Assembly: GCA_026391215.1 (NCBI GenBank)
Contig: JAPLDX010000059.1
Coordinates: 1 to 64,000, forward strand
Length of the DNA: 64,000 nt
Direction of reading: 5' to 3'
Origin: Bacteroidia bacterium
GTDB lineage: Bacteria > Bacteroidota > Bacteroidia > Bacteroidales > VadinHA17
Made by a program: the position numbers and the translations under genes. Positions within the stretch are counted from its first letter, which is position 1, and each line of letters begins with the position of its first letter. The notes beneath the pieces are model-generated. The model had not been told where the DNA came from, did not search any database, and saw only the letters and a program-made list of their open reading frames with translations. Positions 49,375 to 59,382 of this stretch are shown piece after piece.

Positions 49375-50691
49375 ATGAAAATTGCTGTTGTGGGAACCGG
49401 ATATGTCGGACTGGTTACAGGAACATGTTTTGCTGAAAGCGGTGTCATTGTTACCTGTGTTGATAATGACAAGGAAAAAATCAGACTGTTGAAGGATGAT
49501 TCTGTTCCGATATATGAACCCGGGCTGGAAAGCATGATACGGAGGAATGTTGAGAAGAAAAGGCTTTCTTTTACTTCCAGGCTGAAAGATGCTGTCAATG
49601 GATCTGAAGTGATATTTATCGCAGTCGGAACACCTCCCGGGGATGGTGGAAATGCAGACCTTAGTCATGTCCTCTCAGTTGCAAAAGAAATAGGCTCTTC
49701 ATTAACAGATTATATTGTTGTCGTTACCAAGAGTACTGTGCCTGCCGGAACATCAGAAAAAATCAGGAAAGTCATTCAGGATCAGCTTGATGAACGAAAA
49801 TCAAAAGTCTCTTTCGACATGGCATCCAATCCTGAATTTCTTAAAGAAGGCGCTGCGATCGAAGACTTTCTGAAACCTGAACGGATAGTAATTGGTGTAG
49901 ACAATGAAAAAACAGCCGGTATAATGAACCGTCTGTATATGCCTTTTGTCCTGAATAACCATCCGATACTATTCATGGATATTCTATCCGCTGAGATTAC
50001 GAAATATGCAGCTAATGCAATGTTGGCAACACGGATAAGCTTCATCAATGAAATTGCCAACCTCTGTGATATTCTGGGCGCTGACATAAACCATGTGCGT
50101 AAAGGTATCGGCAGCGATTCAAGGATAGGAAGTAAATTCCTTTATCCGGGTTCCGGTTATGGTGGTTCGTGTTTTCCGAAAGACGTCAAGGCAATAATTA
50201 AGACAGCAGAGGAACATGGCTATGAGCTAAAGGTGATCAAAGCTGTGGAAAAAGCAAATGAATACCAGAAAAATGTGATATTCAATAAGGTAGCCAAATT
50301 CTTCAATAATAAATTGACCCGAAAGACCATTGGCATCTGGGGATTGTCATTCAAACCCAAAACCGATGATATAAGGGAATCATCATCAATATACCTCATT
50401 GAAAGACTACTGAAGGAAGGCGCTGTCATTAAAGCCTATGATCCGGCTGCAATAACTGAAGCCGGAAAACGATTGGGGAACAGGATCAGCTTTACTTCAA
50501 ATCCCTATGAAGCATTAAAGGGAGCTGATGCCATGGTACTGATGACAGAATGGTCGGAGTTCCATCTTCCTGATTTTAAGAAGATGTCAGATATTATGAA
50601 AGGCAGGGTAATCTTCGATGGAAGAAATATTTATGACCCGGCAAATATCAGGAAAATGGGATTTATATATTTTGGAATCGGACGAAAATAA
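49375..50691 (+). CDS. ugd: UDP-glucose 6-dehydrogenase
   Basis: GTGYVGL, IAVGTP, SNPEFLKEG, GYGGSCFPKD, FKPKTDDIRES, DGRN. Confidence 0.95.
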   Translation: MKIAVVGTGYVGLVTGTCFAESGVIVTCVDNDKEKIRLLKDDSVPIYEPGLESMIRRNVEKKRLSFTSRLKDAVNGSEVIFIAVGTPPGDGGNADLSHVLSVAKEIGSSLTDYIVVVTKSTVPAGTSEKIRKVIQDQLDERKSKVSFDMASNPEFLKEGAAIEDFLKPERIVIGVDNEKTAGIMNRLYMPFVLNNHPILFMDILSAEITKYAANAMLATRISFINEIANLCDILGADINHVRKGIGSDSRIGSKFLYPGSGYGGSCFPKDVKAIIKTAEEHGYELKVIKAVEKANEYQKNVIFNKVAKFFNNKLTRKTIGIWGLSFKPKTDDIRESSSIYLIERLLKEGAVIKAYDPAAITEAGKRLGNRISFTSNPYEALKGADAMVLMTEWSEFHLPDFKKMSDIMKGRVIFDGRNIYDPANIRKMGFIYFGIGRK

Positions 50692-50702
50692 GGGGGAAGC
50701 GA

Positions 50703-50803
50703 CCCCCGTTCCGCTATGCGGGACTGCCCCCTGAAGGGGGCCTGAATTGAAAATAAATTAAATCAATCCACCAGATTAGCCCCCCTTCAGGGGGGATTGG
50801 GGG
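50703..50803. repeat. REP/REPIN-like element, copy 3 (loop without insert)
   Basis: CCCCC-GTTCCGCTATGCGGGAC-TGCCCCCTGAAGGGGGCC, AT-rich spacer, TAGCCCCCCTTCAGGGGGGATTGGGGG. Confidence 0.88.
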
Positions 50804-50822
50804 TTGATCAAAATAAAGAAAA

Positions 50823-51716
50823 ATGAAAGGTATAATTCTCGCAGGAGGTTCAGGCACAAGACTTTACCCGATCACGAGCTCAATATCCAAGCAAATGCTG
50901 CCGGTATACGACAAGCCGATGATCTATTACCCGTTGTCAGTCCTTATGCTTGCCGGTATCAGGGAAATACTGATTATCTCCACTCCGCGCGATCTCCCTG
51001 GATTCCGCAGCCTTCTTGGTAACGGCAAACCGCTGGGACTGAGGTTCAGCTATGTTGAGCAACCATCACCGGATGGCCTTGCGCAGGCATTTATCCTCGG
51101 AGAAAAATTTATCGGAAACGATCAGGTCTGCATGATACTGGGAGATAACATCTTTTACGGTCACGGATTCGGGGACACTCTAATGAACACTGCGGAACTT
51201 AAAAAAGGAGCATGTATTTTCGGGTATTATGTAACTGATCCTGAACGTTATGGTGTCGTTGAGTTTGATAAATACCACAAGGTTATCTGCTTAGAGGAGA
51301 AACCGTCAAAACCGAAATCGAACTTTGCAGTTACTGGCCTCTACTTCTACGATAATACAGTTGTTAAGAAAGCTAAATCGCTTAAGCCGTCAGCACGCGG
51401 CGAACTTGAAATAACAGATCTTAACAGGCTCTACCTTGTTGAAGGCACTCTTGAAGTAAAGCTGATGGGAAGAGGAATGGCATGGCTTGATACCGGTACC
51501 TGCGAAAGCCTGCTCCAGGCAGCCAACTTCATTGCAACCCTCGAACAGAGACAGGGATTGAAAGCATCATGCATTGAAGAGATAGCATATAAAAGAGGCT
51601 TTATAAATAAAAACCAGCTTATCGCCTTCGCAGAGCCAATAAGAAAGAGCCAGTATGGCAAATACCTGTTAAGAATAGCCTCGGAAGATATCAGCTTTTA
51701 TGAAAACTCAAAATAA
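50823..51716 (+). CDS. rfbA: Glucose-1-phosphate thymidylyltransferase
   Basis: [41 protein letters not shown]. Confidence 0.97.
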   Translation: MKGIILAGGSGTRLYPITSSISKQMLPVYDKPMIYYPLSVLMLAGIREILIISTPRDLPGFRSLLGNGKPLGLRFSYVEQPSPDGLAQAFILGEKFIGNDQVCMILGDNIFYGHGFGDTLMNTAELKKGACIFGYYVTDPERYGVVEFDKYHKVICLEEKPSKPKSNFAVTGLYFYDNTVVKKAKSLKPSARGELEITDLNRLYLVEGTLEVKLMGRGMAWLDTGTCESLLQAANFIATLEQRQGLKASCIEEIAYKRGFINKNQLIAFAEPIRKSQYGKYLLRIASEDISFYENSK

Positions 51717-51730
51717 TAAAAGCGTTAAAA

Positions 51731-52279
51731 ATGGAAATAGTTGAAACAGGATTTGAGGGACTTTATATTATTGAACCGACAGTTTATTCAGATAAAAGAG
51801 GATATTTTTTCGAAAGCTATAACCACGAAACCTTCCTGAAAGCAGGGATCTCCTTTACTCCGGTCCAGGATAATGAGTCAAGATCATCAAAGGGAGTAAT
51901 CCGCGGACTGCATTACCAGCTCAAACCTCATGACCAGGCAAAGCTTATAAGGGTGGTGACTGGAAGAATATTTGATGTAGCACTTGATCTGCGCCGGGAC
52001 AAGCCCACTTATGGAAAATGGTTTGGCGTGGAGCTGGATTCCGAAAGCAAGCGCCAGCTTTTCATCCCCAGAGGATTCGCTCATGGATTTTCAGTCCTTA
52101 GCGATATTGCATTAATACAATATAAGGTCGATAATGTTTATAACAAGCTGGCAGAAAGAGGTATATTGCTTAGCGATCCTTATCTTGAAATCGAATGGAG
52201 AACAGGAGATATTGTTCCTGTTATAAGTGAAAAGGACCAGAATAATCCTGCATTTAAGAAAGCTGATAACAATTTTTGA
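51731..52279 (+). CDS. rfbC: dTDP-4-dehydrorhamnose 3,5-epimerase
   Basis: DKRGYFFESY, GVIRGLHYQ, QAKL, IPRGFAHGF. Confidence 0.97.
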   Translation: MEIVETGFEGLYIIEPTVYSDKRGYFFESYNHETFLKAGISFTPVQDNESRSSKGVIRGLHYQLKPHDQAKLIRVVTGRIFDVALDLRRDKPTYGKWFGVELDSESKRQLFIPRGFAHGFSVLSDIALIQYKVDNVYNKLAERGILLSDPYLEIEWRTGDIVPVISEKDQNNPAFKKADNNF

Positions 52280-52296
52280 ATTTATTCTAGCAGAGC

Positions 52297-53163
52297 ATGG
52301 CAGCAATCCTGATCACCGGAGCAAACGGACAGCTGGGCAATGAGCTCAGAACAGCTTCAAAGAACTATTATGGTTACGATTTTGTCTTTACCGATATTGA
52401 TACCCTGGATATCTCTTCCAGTGATAAAACAGCCTCTTTTATATCGAAAACCCAGCCTGACTGGATAATAAATTGCGCGGCTTATAATTTTGTTGATAAA
52501 GCGGAAAGCGAATTTGATAAAGCCTTGCTGATAAATGGTACAGCAGTGAAAAACATTACGAAAGCCATAAAGGGATCAGGCTGCAAGTTCATTCATATAT
52601 CTTCCGATTATGTTTTTGACGGCAATGCAAACATCCCGTACTGCGAGAGTTCAGCAACCAATCCCCTGTCTGCATACGGGAGGTCAAAGCTTGAGGGAGA
52701 GAAAAGTGCCCTTCTCCATCACGCATCTATGATCATAAGGACATCCTGGCTCTATTCCTCATTCGGATCCAATTTTGTAAAGACGATTCTGAACAAGGCG
52801 AAAGAAAAGGATTCGCTGAAGGTCGTCTGCGATCAGACAGGAACACCAACATATGCAGCCGACCTGGCAGAAGCTATCATGACGATCGTTTCAGGAGTTA
52901 TAAGGAACCAGATAGCATTTATCCCGGGAATTTATCATTATTCCAATGAAGGTGTATGCAGCTGGTATGATCTTGCCATGGAAACCGTGAAAGAAGCTGA
53001 ATTGAATTGTCTGGTGGTGCCGATACTGTCAAAGGAGTATCCATCAGCAGTAATGAGACCATTTTATTCCGTTCTTGACAAATCCAAAATAAAGGAAACC
53101 TATAACCTTCAAATACCCCACTGGAGGACAAGCTTAGGAAAATGCATTAAACAGTTAATATAA
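52297..53163 (+). CDS. rfbD: dTDP-4-dehydrorhamnose reductase
   Basis: TGANGQLG, NCAAY, SSDYVFDG, YGRSKLEGE, DQTGTPT. Confidence 0.97.
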   Translation: MAAILITGANGQLGNELRTASKNYYGYDFVFTDIDTLDISSSDKTASFISKTQPDWIINCAAYNFVDKAESEFDKALLINGTAVKNITKAIKGSGCKFIHISSDYVFDGNANIPYCESSATNPLSAYGRSKLEGEKSALLHHASMIIRTSWLYSSFGSNFVKTILNKAKEKDSLKVVCDQTGTPTYAADLAEAIMTIVSGVIRNQIAFIPGIYHYSNEGVCSWYDLAMETVKEAELNCLVVPILSKEYPSAVMRPFYSVLDKSKIKETYNLQIPHWRTSLGKCIKQLI

Positions 53164-53174
53164 TATCTATCAAT

Positions 53175-54908
53175 ATGTTATCAATAGACGATATCAAAAA
53201 GAAAGCCCAGTCATGGCTTGGAAATGAATTCAATGAAGAGACCCGTAAAGAGGTCCGTGAAATGCTCGAAAAAGATGAAAAAAAGCTTATTGACGCCTTC
53301 TACCAGGATCTTGAGTTTGGCACCGGAGGCTTAAGAGGCATTATGGGAGCCGGAACCAACAGGATGAACATTTACACCCTTGGAATGGCAACGCAGGGGC
53401 TTTCAAATTATATCATCAAACAATGCGGTAATAAAGGCATTAGAGTTGCAATTGCCTATGATTGCCGCCATAATAGCAGGTTATTTGCTGAATGTACCGC
53501 TGATATTTTTTCCGCCAATGGATTCGAGGTATATCTTTTTGAATCCCTCCGCCCTACTCCTGAGCTTTCATTTGCCATCCGCCATTATAAATGCCACAGC
53601 GGTGTTGTAATTACGGCTTCTCATAATCCCCCGGAATACAATGGCTATAAAGCATACTGGAATGATGGCGGACAGGTCGTGGCTCCGCATGATGAAGGGA
53701 TCATTGATGAAGTGCGTAACATTAAATCGGTAAGCGAGATAAAATTCAACGGAAATAAGAATAAAATAAAGATTATAGGGAAAGAGACAGATGATGCATT
53801 CCTGAAAGAGGTTCTGAAAATGAGTATCAATCCGGAAATCATAAGAAAATACAGTGATATGGGAATAATCTATACCCCTATTCATGGTTCAGGTGTTATG
53901 CTCATTCCTCCCGCTCTCAAATTATTCGGATTCAGGAATATCATCAGCGTTCCCGAACAGGAAAAGCCTGATGGCAACTTCCCGACAGTCAAATCGCCCA
54001 ATCCTGAAGAGCCGGGTGCACTGAAGCTGGCTATTCTGAAAGCTGCTGAAACAGGAGCAGATCTTGTGATGGCTTCCGATCCTGATGCCGACAGGCTTGG
54101 AATTGCCTGCAAGAATAAGAAGGGCGAGTTTATTCTTCTTAACGGCAACCAGACCGGCGTTATCCTGACATATTATATACTGTCACAGTTTAAGGAAAAG
54201 AAGAAATACAAGGGTAACGAATACATCATTAAAACAATAGTCTCAACCGACCTCATGGACATGATCGCTGAGAAGCACAGGGTAAAATGTTATAATGTCC
54301 TTACAGGATTTAAATTCTTTGCTGAGCTGATCAGGAACCTGGAGGGAAAAGAAAAATATATAGGAGGCGGCGAAGAGAGTTATGGCTTCCTGCCGGGAGA
54401 TTATGTCCGGGATAAAGATGCTGTTGCTTCATGTGCGCTTGTTGCGGAAGCTGGAGCATGGGCAAAGAGTAAGGGCAAATCGCTTTATGAGATGCTGATT
54501 GATATCTACCTTGAATACGGATTGTACAAGGAAAAGCTGATAAATATAGTCCGGAAAGGCGCTGAAGGGGCTAATGAGATCAAGGCAATGATGATGGCTT
54601 ACAGGAAGAATCCACCTGAAATAATCAACAACAGCAGAGTAGTGAAGATCAACGATTATGAAACGCTTGTTTCAACAGATTGTGCATCAGGCAAGAATAC
54701 GAAGATTGATCTGCTTAAATCTGATGTTCTGCAGTTCTTCCTTGAAGATGGTTCAAAGATCTCTGTCCGTCCGTCTGGTACCGAGCCCAAGATAAAATTC
54801 TATTTCAGTGTAAATACGAAGTTGGAATCAACAGGTAAATTTGAGGAAACAGAAAAACTTCTTGATCTGAGGATACAGGGGATAATTACTGATATGAAGC
54901 TATCCTGA
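53175..54908 (+). CDS. pgm: Phosphoglucomutase/phosphomannomutase
   Basis: FGTGGLRG, TASHNPPEYNGYK, DPDADR, GEESYG, RPSGTEPKIK. Confidence 0.93.
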   Translation: MLSIDDIKKKAQSWLGNEFNEETRKEVREMLEKDEKKLIDAFYQDLEFGTGGLRGIMGAGTNRMNIYTLGMATQGLSNYIIKQCGNKGIRVAIAYDCRHNSRLFAECTADIFSANGFEVYLFESLRPTPELSFAIRHYKCHSGVVITASHNPPEYNGYKAYWNDGGQVVAPHDEGIIDEVRNIKSVSEIKFNGNKNKIKIIGKETDDAFLKEVLKMSINPEIIRKYSDMGIIYTPIHGSGVMLIPPALKLFGFRNIISVPEQEKPDGNFPTVKSPNPEEPGALKLAILKAAETGADLVMASDPDADRLGIACKNKKGEFILLNGNQTGVILTYYILSQFKEKKKYKGNEYIIKTIVSTDLMDMIAEKHRVKCYNVLTGFKFFAELIRNLEGKEKYIGGGEESYGFLPGDYVRDKDAVASCALVAEAGAWAKSKGKSLYEMLIDIYLEYGLYKEKLINIVRKGAEGANEIKAMMMAYRKNPPEIINNSRVVKINDYETLVSTDCASGKNTKIDLLKSDVLQFFLEDGSKISVRPSGTEPKIKFYFSVNTKLESTGKFEETEKLLDLRIQGIITDMKLS

Positions 54909-54911
54909 ATA

Positions 54912-55050
54912 CCCCCCATCGCCCCTGCCTTGCTCCGCCGAAGCGGCTACGCGAAGGCGAAGAAGGGGGCTAAACTGTGGTTATAAATTAATTTTAAAAA
55001 TGTGCATAAGGTAGTCCCCATTTAGGGGGAAGCCGCGAAGCGGCAGGGGA
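54912..55050. repeat. REP/REPIN-like element, copy 4, with nested 35-bp palindrome (54927-54961)
   Basis: CCCCCCATCGCCCCT-[GCCTTGCTCCGCCGAAGCGGCTACGCGAAGGCGAA]-GAAGGGGGCTA, spacer, TAGTCCCCATTTAGGGGGAA-GCCGCGAAGCGGC-AGGGG. Confidence 0.88.
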
Positions 55051-55057
55051 TTTATGT

Positions 55058-55474
55058 CTATTCCCCTATTATTTTGACAAGAACCCGTTTGCGGCGTTTG
55101 CCATCAAATTCTCCATAAAAGATCTGTTCCCAGGGACCAAAATCCATCTGTCCTTTTGTAACGGCTACCACCACTTCCCTGCCCATCAGAGTACGCTTGA
55201 TATGGGCATCCGCATTATCTTCAAAACCGTTATGCTTATACTGTGAATATGGTTTTTCAGGAGCCAGCTTCTCAAGCCATACTTCAAAATCATGGTGCAG
55301 TCCTGCTTCGTCGTCATTGATGAAAACAGAAGCGCTTATATGCATTGCATTCACGAGTATAAGTCCTTCCAGAATTCCTGACTCATTCAGGCATCTTTCA
55401 ACTTGTTCTGTAATGTTCACGAATGCTCTGCGGGTCGAAATTTCAAACCAGAGTTCTTTACGATATGATTTCAT
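55058..55474 (-). CDS. yjbQ: YjbQ (UPF0047) family protein
   Basis: [34 protein letters not shown]. Confidence 0.92.
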   Translation of the reverse strand: MKSYRKELWFEISTRRAFVNITEQVERCLNESGILEGLILVNAMHISASVFINDDEAGLHHDFEVWLEKLAPEKPYSQYKHNGFEDNADAHIKRTLMGREVVVAVTKGQMDFGPWEQIFYGEFDGKRRKRVLVKIIGE

Positions 55475-55510
55475 GTTTTTTCTGGAAAGTTAAAGAATAA
55501 TCTGAAAACC

Positions 55511-55581
55511 CTGTCTGTCAATTCATATCATCTGTTCGTGAATTCGTAATCAATTATTATCCCGTCATTTTAGTAATTTTG
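55511..55581 (+). promoter_or_regulatory. Direct-repeat site at 21-bp spacing (LytTR-like) plus -7 box
   Basis: CTGTCTGTCAATTCAT (55511) and CTGTTCGTGAATTCGT (55532), 12/16 identical; TAATTTTG at 55574-55581. Confidence 0.5.
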
Positions 55582-55600
55582 ATTATACACTATTAAAACG

Positions 55601-56146
55601 ATGAAAACACTGAAAATTACCCTAATTACATGGATTTTTACCGCTTTTTTTTCTCATGCGGCAAGTGGACAAATGAATGCTGTGGCAGATACAACAGGCG
55701 ATTATGCCGCAGTGAAACACACAATTGAGCAGGGTATCGGCTGGGCAATTGAGAAGGACTTTGAAGCCATGTACAAAATGTGGGCAGATAATCTGTTCCT
55801 CTTCTGGCTGACTTCAGACAGCAAAGTAATAGGACTGGAGGACTTTAAAAAATACTCTGAAGTCTGGAAAGATCCGGAATTCCGCGGGACTCACTTCGCA
55901 TTCAGGGATTTGCGCATTATCTTTTCGCAATCCCGTGACGTAGCCTGGTACTCCTGCTTTCTCGATGATTGCAGCTCCTACAAGGGTAAAGAGTCCTGCC
56001 TGAAAAATGTTTTCCAGACAGGTGTATTGGAGAAGCGCGACGGCCACTGGGTTCACGTGCTGATGCACGGAGCTTACCCTATCGATAAGATCCCTGAGAA
56101 TTATGTCAGAAAGTTCTATTCGGATCTCTTTGAGAATCAGGATTGA
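55601..56146 (+). CDS. Exported SnoaL-like/NTF2-fold protein
   Basis: Signal peptide; SRDVAWYS...TGVLEKRDGHWVHVLMH pattern. Confidence 0.82.
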   Translation: MKTLKITLITWIFTAFFSHAASGQMNAVADTTGDYAAVKHTIEQGIGWAIEKDFEAMYKMWADNLFLFWLTSDSKVIGLEDFKKYSEVWKDPEFRGTHFAFRDLRIIFSQSRDVAWYSCFLDDCSSYKGKESCLKNVFQTGVLEKRDGHWVHVLMHGAYPIDKIPENYVRKFYSDLFENQD

Positions 56147-56202
56147 TTTTATTCTCCCGGTATATTTTTTACTTTTGAACTGTCAATTCTTGTGACAGAA
56201 TC

Positions 56203-57249
56203 ATGATAAGACCTGGTGTAACCATTGTGTTTGTTTTTTTTTCATCCCCTTTTCTGGCTGCACAGGCAATTATACCTACCCTTGATAATGCCATTTTAAA
56301 AGCAGAGAACAGGATTGAAAACAGCAGCATGCCTTCTTTCAGAAATCTTGAGAGTTTTCTTGTCTGGTCTGAAGACAGCTTAAGGCATAAAAAGTATTAT
56401 AATGGTGTGTCAGGAGAGTCTCTTCACCAGGTCCAGTCGCAAACAAAAAGCATTGTGTCGCTGCTGATGGGGATTGCAATAGATCAAGGATTTGTAACTA
56501 GTGAATTGGAAAAGGTCTCAAACTTTTTTCCGGAATACTTTCATAAGGAAGACAGTCTGAAATCATTGGTTACAATCCGCGACCTGTTGACAATGTCATC
56601 AGGTTTTGAATGGGAGGAGATGATCCCGTTTAATGATCAGCGCAATGATAATATAAAGATGAATTATAGCGGCAGTTACCTTCAGTATGCCCTTTCCCGT
56701 CCGATGGCAGCTAAACCATCTGTCGAATTCAAGTACAACAGCGGATCTCCCATGATCGTGGCAGGTATCATCGAGAAAACAACAAAAATGTCACTGGATA
56801 AATTCGCGGAAAAGTATCTATTCAATCCGTTGAATATTGTTGAATATAGATGGATAAAGGATTCGAAAGGTTTCTGCCATGCAGGAGGGGGGTTGTTCCT
56901 GAAGCCTGAAGATATGGTAAAAATCGGCATTTTGATACTCGACAAAGGTAAATGGAATAGAAACACAATTATTTCAGAAGACTGGATCCGGAAAAGTTGC
57001 CAACCTAATTTATTAACCACATTCAGCGAACAAAGCTATGGCTATTTCTGGTGGATTCAGGAGATAAAAGTTAGTGATGCCAAGACAACTAAAGTGATAT
57101 CAGCACAGGGAGCAGGCGGTCAGTATATGTACATTATCCCTGAATATAGTTTAATAGTAGCCTTCACTGAAAATAATTTCGGAACACCTCTCGTGGGACC
57201 ATTTCTTTTTAGTACTTATATATTGCCGGCATTGCAGCATGTGCCATAA
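56203..57249 (+). CDS. Serine hydrolase, beta-lactamase-related (NylB-like)
   Basis: SQTK (SxxK), LLTMSSG, FKYNSG, AQGAGGQ. Confidence 0.9.
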   Translation: MIRPGVTIVFVFFSSPFLAAQAIIPTLDNAILKAENRIENSSMPSFRNLESFLVWSEDSLRHKKYYNGVSGESLHQVQSQTKSIVSLLMGIAIDQGFVTSELEKVSNFFPEYFHKEDSLKSLVTIRDLLTMSSGFEWEEMIPFNDQRNDNIKMNYSGSYLQYALSRPMAAKPSVEFKYNSGSPMIVAGIIEKTTKMSLDKFAEKYLFNPLNIVEYRWIKDSKGFCHAGGGLFLKPEDMVKIGILILDKGKWNRNTIISEDWIRKSCQPNLLTTFSEQSYGYFWWIQEIKVSDAKTTKVISAQGAGGQYMYIIPEYSLIVAFTENNFGTPLVGPFLFSTYILPALQHVP

Positions 57250-57389
57250 CTCCTGGAGACAGGCTCATGGACTTTTTTAGCAAACTGTATTGATTTGTGA
57301 TCAATCAGGAAACTCCCCTGAACAATTTGTAAATTGTATAATATTCAATTTAAGTAGTCTTAATAAATTAGTTAAAGAAGCCAAAAGAA

Positions 57390-57734
57390 ATGAACAAATT
57401 TGATGAGATCAACCGGAAACGGAAAGAATCAAATGCCCGCTTTGAAACGCTTAATTCAAAAGTCTATAAACTCTATCTCGAAATGAGTGATGCGACCTTT
57501 TGCGACGGAGCACTGGCAAAGAAAACAAAGGAGCTTATTGCAGTGGCAATAGGTGCGGTAACCAACTGTGAATCATGCATGCAATGGCATATAGAACAGG
57601 CTTACAAGGATGGTGCTACCATCCACGAAGTACTTGAAGCGCTGGAAGTTGCCATAGATATGGGAGTAGGTCCGGTTACTGTAAATTCAAGGTTCGCCCT
57701 TGATGTGATGGAACATACTTTCGGAAAAATATAG
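57390..57734 (+). CDS. Carboxymuconolactone decarboxylase/AhpD family protein
   Basis: KTKELIAVAI...CESCMQWH. Confidence 0.9.
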   Translation: MNKFDEINRKRKESNARFETLNSKVYKLYLEMSDATFCDGALAKKTKELIAVAIGAVTNCESCMQWHIEQAYKDGATIHEVLEALEVAIDMGVGPVTVNSRFALDVMEHTFGKI

Positions 57735-57787
57735 CAGCCTCTGAAAGTCAGCAAAAAACATTTTCAAATTTTTAAATTTTTAAATTA

Positions 57788-58978
57788 ATGAAACAAACTT
57801 TTCTCATCTTATGGATTCTCAGCTTACTGACATCCTGCAGCGGTCAAAATGACCAGCTTCCGGCACCATCCGGAAAGTATCTGACAGGTGTTTCTTATAT
57901 CGCCCTGACAGATTCATCCCGTAAAGAATTGTTTGACAATGACTTAAAGAGTAACCGTGTACTGACAATCAAAGTATGGTATCCGGCCGACGAGAAAACT
58001 CATGATGAATTATATCTGGAGAACCCTGAAATACTAATTACCAATTTCGGATTTACAGATATTTACAGGACACTTAAAACGAGTTCGTCGCGTGATGTCC
58101 CGGTATCTTCGAATGAACATTCTTACCCGGTACTGATCTATTCGCACGGATGGGGTGAGCACTTTTCCCAGAATACGATCCTGATGGAAGAGCTGGCCAG
58201 CCATGGATATATTGTCTTCAGCATAGCTCATCATTTCGAATGTAAATTCTCTGCTTACCCTGATGGCCGCATAATAATTCTTAATCCAAACAGCAACAGG
58301 TTTAACCAGTTCATGAAGGAACAGAGCAATCCTGAAGCGCTGGCAATTTTCGGAAAGATGGCTAAAACATCAGATGATGACCAACGGGCAGATATTTTTA
58401 CTGAAACCAATAATATTATGCCTGTACTGATGAAGGAGAGTCCTGCGTACTGGGCCGGTGATATTACATTCTTCTTAAGTGAGCTGGAAAAAATAAATAG
58501 TTCCGATGCAATATTTAAAGGGAAGCTTGACCTGTCCGGGATCGGAGTACTAGGAATGTCGATGGGCGGCATTGCAACAAACGAGGTATGTATCTCTGAT
58601 AACAGGGTAAAAGCCGGTGTAAATATTGACGGTGCAATTTATGGATCAGCGGTAAATGAGAAGATTAAAACACCATACCTGTTTCTTAACAGCCAGCGGT
58701 ATCTTGGCTACGGAAATCTTTTTACCAGCAGGGTAGTTAACGACTCATATTCTGTTACAGTCAGAAATTCAGACCATTATAACTTTACCGATTATGCATT
58801 ATTCCCAATCCGAAACCTCAGTCAGATTGGGACTATTGATCCTGAAATACCAATCCGGCTAATGAATAGTCTGACGATCCTGTTCTTTGATAAATACCTT
58901 ATGAAGTCAGGGAATGGTGATTTAGAATTATCTTGTAAAAAATTCGATGTTGAGTATGTTACCAACAAAAAGGAATAA
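57788..58978 (+). CDS. Alpha/beta hydrolase lipoprotein (PAF-acetylhydrolase-like)
   Basis: Lipobox LTSC, VWYPA, YSHGWG, EELASHGYIV, GMSMGG, NIDG, HYNFTD. Confidence 0.9.
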   Translation: MKQTFLILWILSLLTSCSGQNDQLPAPSGKYLTGVSYIALTDSSRKELFDNDLKSNRVLTIKVWYPADEKTHDELYLENPEILITNFGFTDIYRTLKTSSSRDVPVSSNEHSYPVLIYSHGWGEHFSQNTILMEELASHGYIVFSIAHHFECKFSAYPDGRIIILNPNSNRFNQFMKEQSNPEALAIFGKMAKTSDDDQRADIFTETNNIMPVLMKESPAYWAGDITFFLSELEKINSSDAIFKGKLDLSGIGVLGMSMGGIATNEVCISDNRVKAGVNIDGAIYGSAVNEKIKTPYLFLNSQRYLGYGNLFTSRVVNDSYSVTVRNSDHYNFTDYALFPIRNLSQIGTIDPEIPIRLMNSLTILFFDKYLMKSGNGDLELSCKKFDVEYVTNKKE

Positions 58979-58991
58979 AAATTAAGGGTAA

Positions 58992-59336
58992 ATGAAGAAA
59001 AACAAAATTGATTTCCGGGTAATAGACTGGAACAGCATCCTGCCACAGGAATATCCCGGAACAAAAGGTGTTGCATACTGGCAGACACTTCAGATGCAGG
59101 GTATAAGGCTCCGGATAGTGGAATATTCAAAAGGTTATCTTGCGGATCACTGGTGCCAGAAAGGCCATATCGTTTATTGTATTGAAGGTGAGTTTACCAG
59201 CGAACTTAAGGATGGCAGAAAGTTTGTTATGACTCCAGGTATGACTTATATTGTATCGGACGAAATGAGTTCACATCGTTCCACGACAGAAACAGGTGTT
59301 AAGGTCCTTATAATAGATGGCGACTTTTTAAAGTAA
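58992..59336 (+). CDS. DHCW-motif cupin fold protein
   Basis: YSKGYLADHWCQKGHIVYC. Confidence 0.9.
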   Translation: MKKNKIDFRVIDWNSILPQEYPGTKGVAYWQTLQMQGIRLRIVEYSKGYLADHWCQKGHIVYCIEGEFTSELKDGRKFVMTPGMTYIVSDEMSSHRSTTETGVKVLIIDGDFLK

Positions 59337-59382
59337 CTTTATTGTTAAGATTATATTATTGAACCTCAAATGATTAAATAGA

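Noticed and set aside
50804-51022. 72-aa ORF overlapping the rfbA start
   Set aside because: Alternative frame of a well-supported gene, starting at the repeat edge
20539-55050. Repeats as a CRISPR array, IS ends or tRNA fragments
   Set aside because: Dispersed rather than regularly spaced; no cas or transposase gene; no cloverleaf or T-loop consensus
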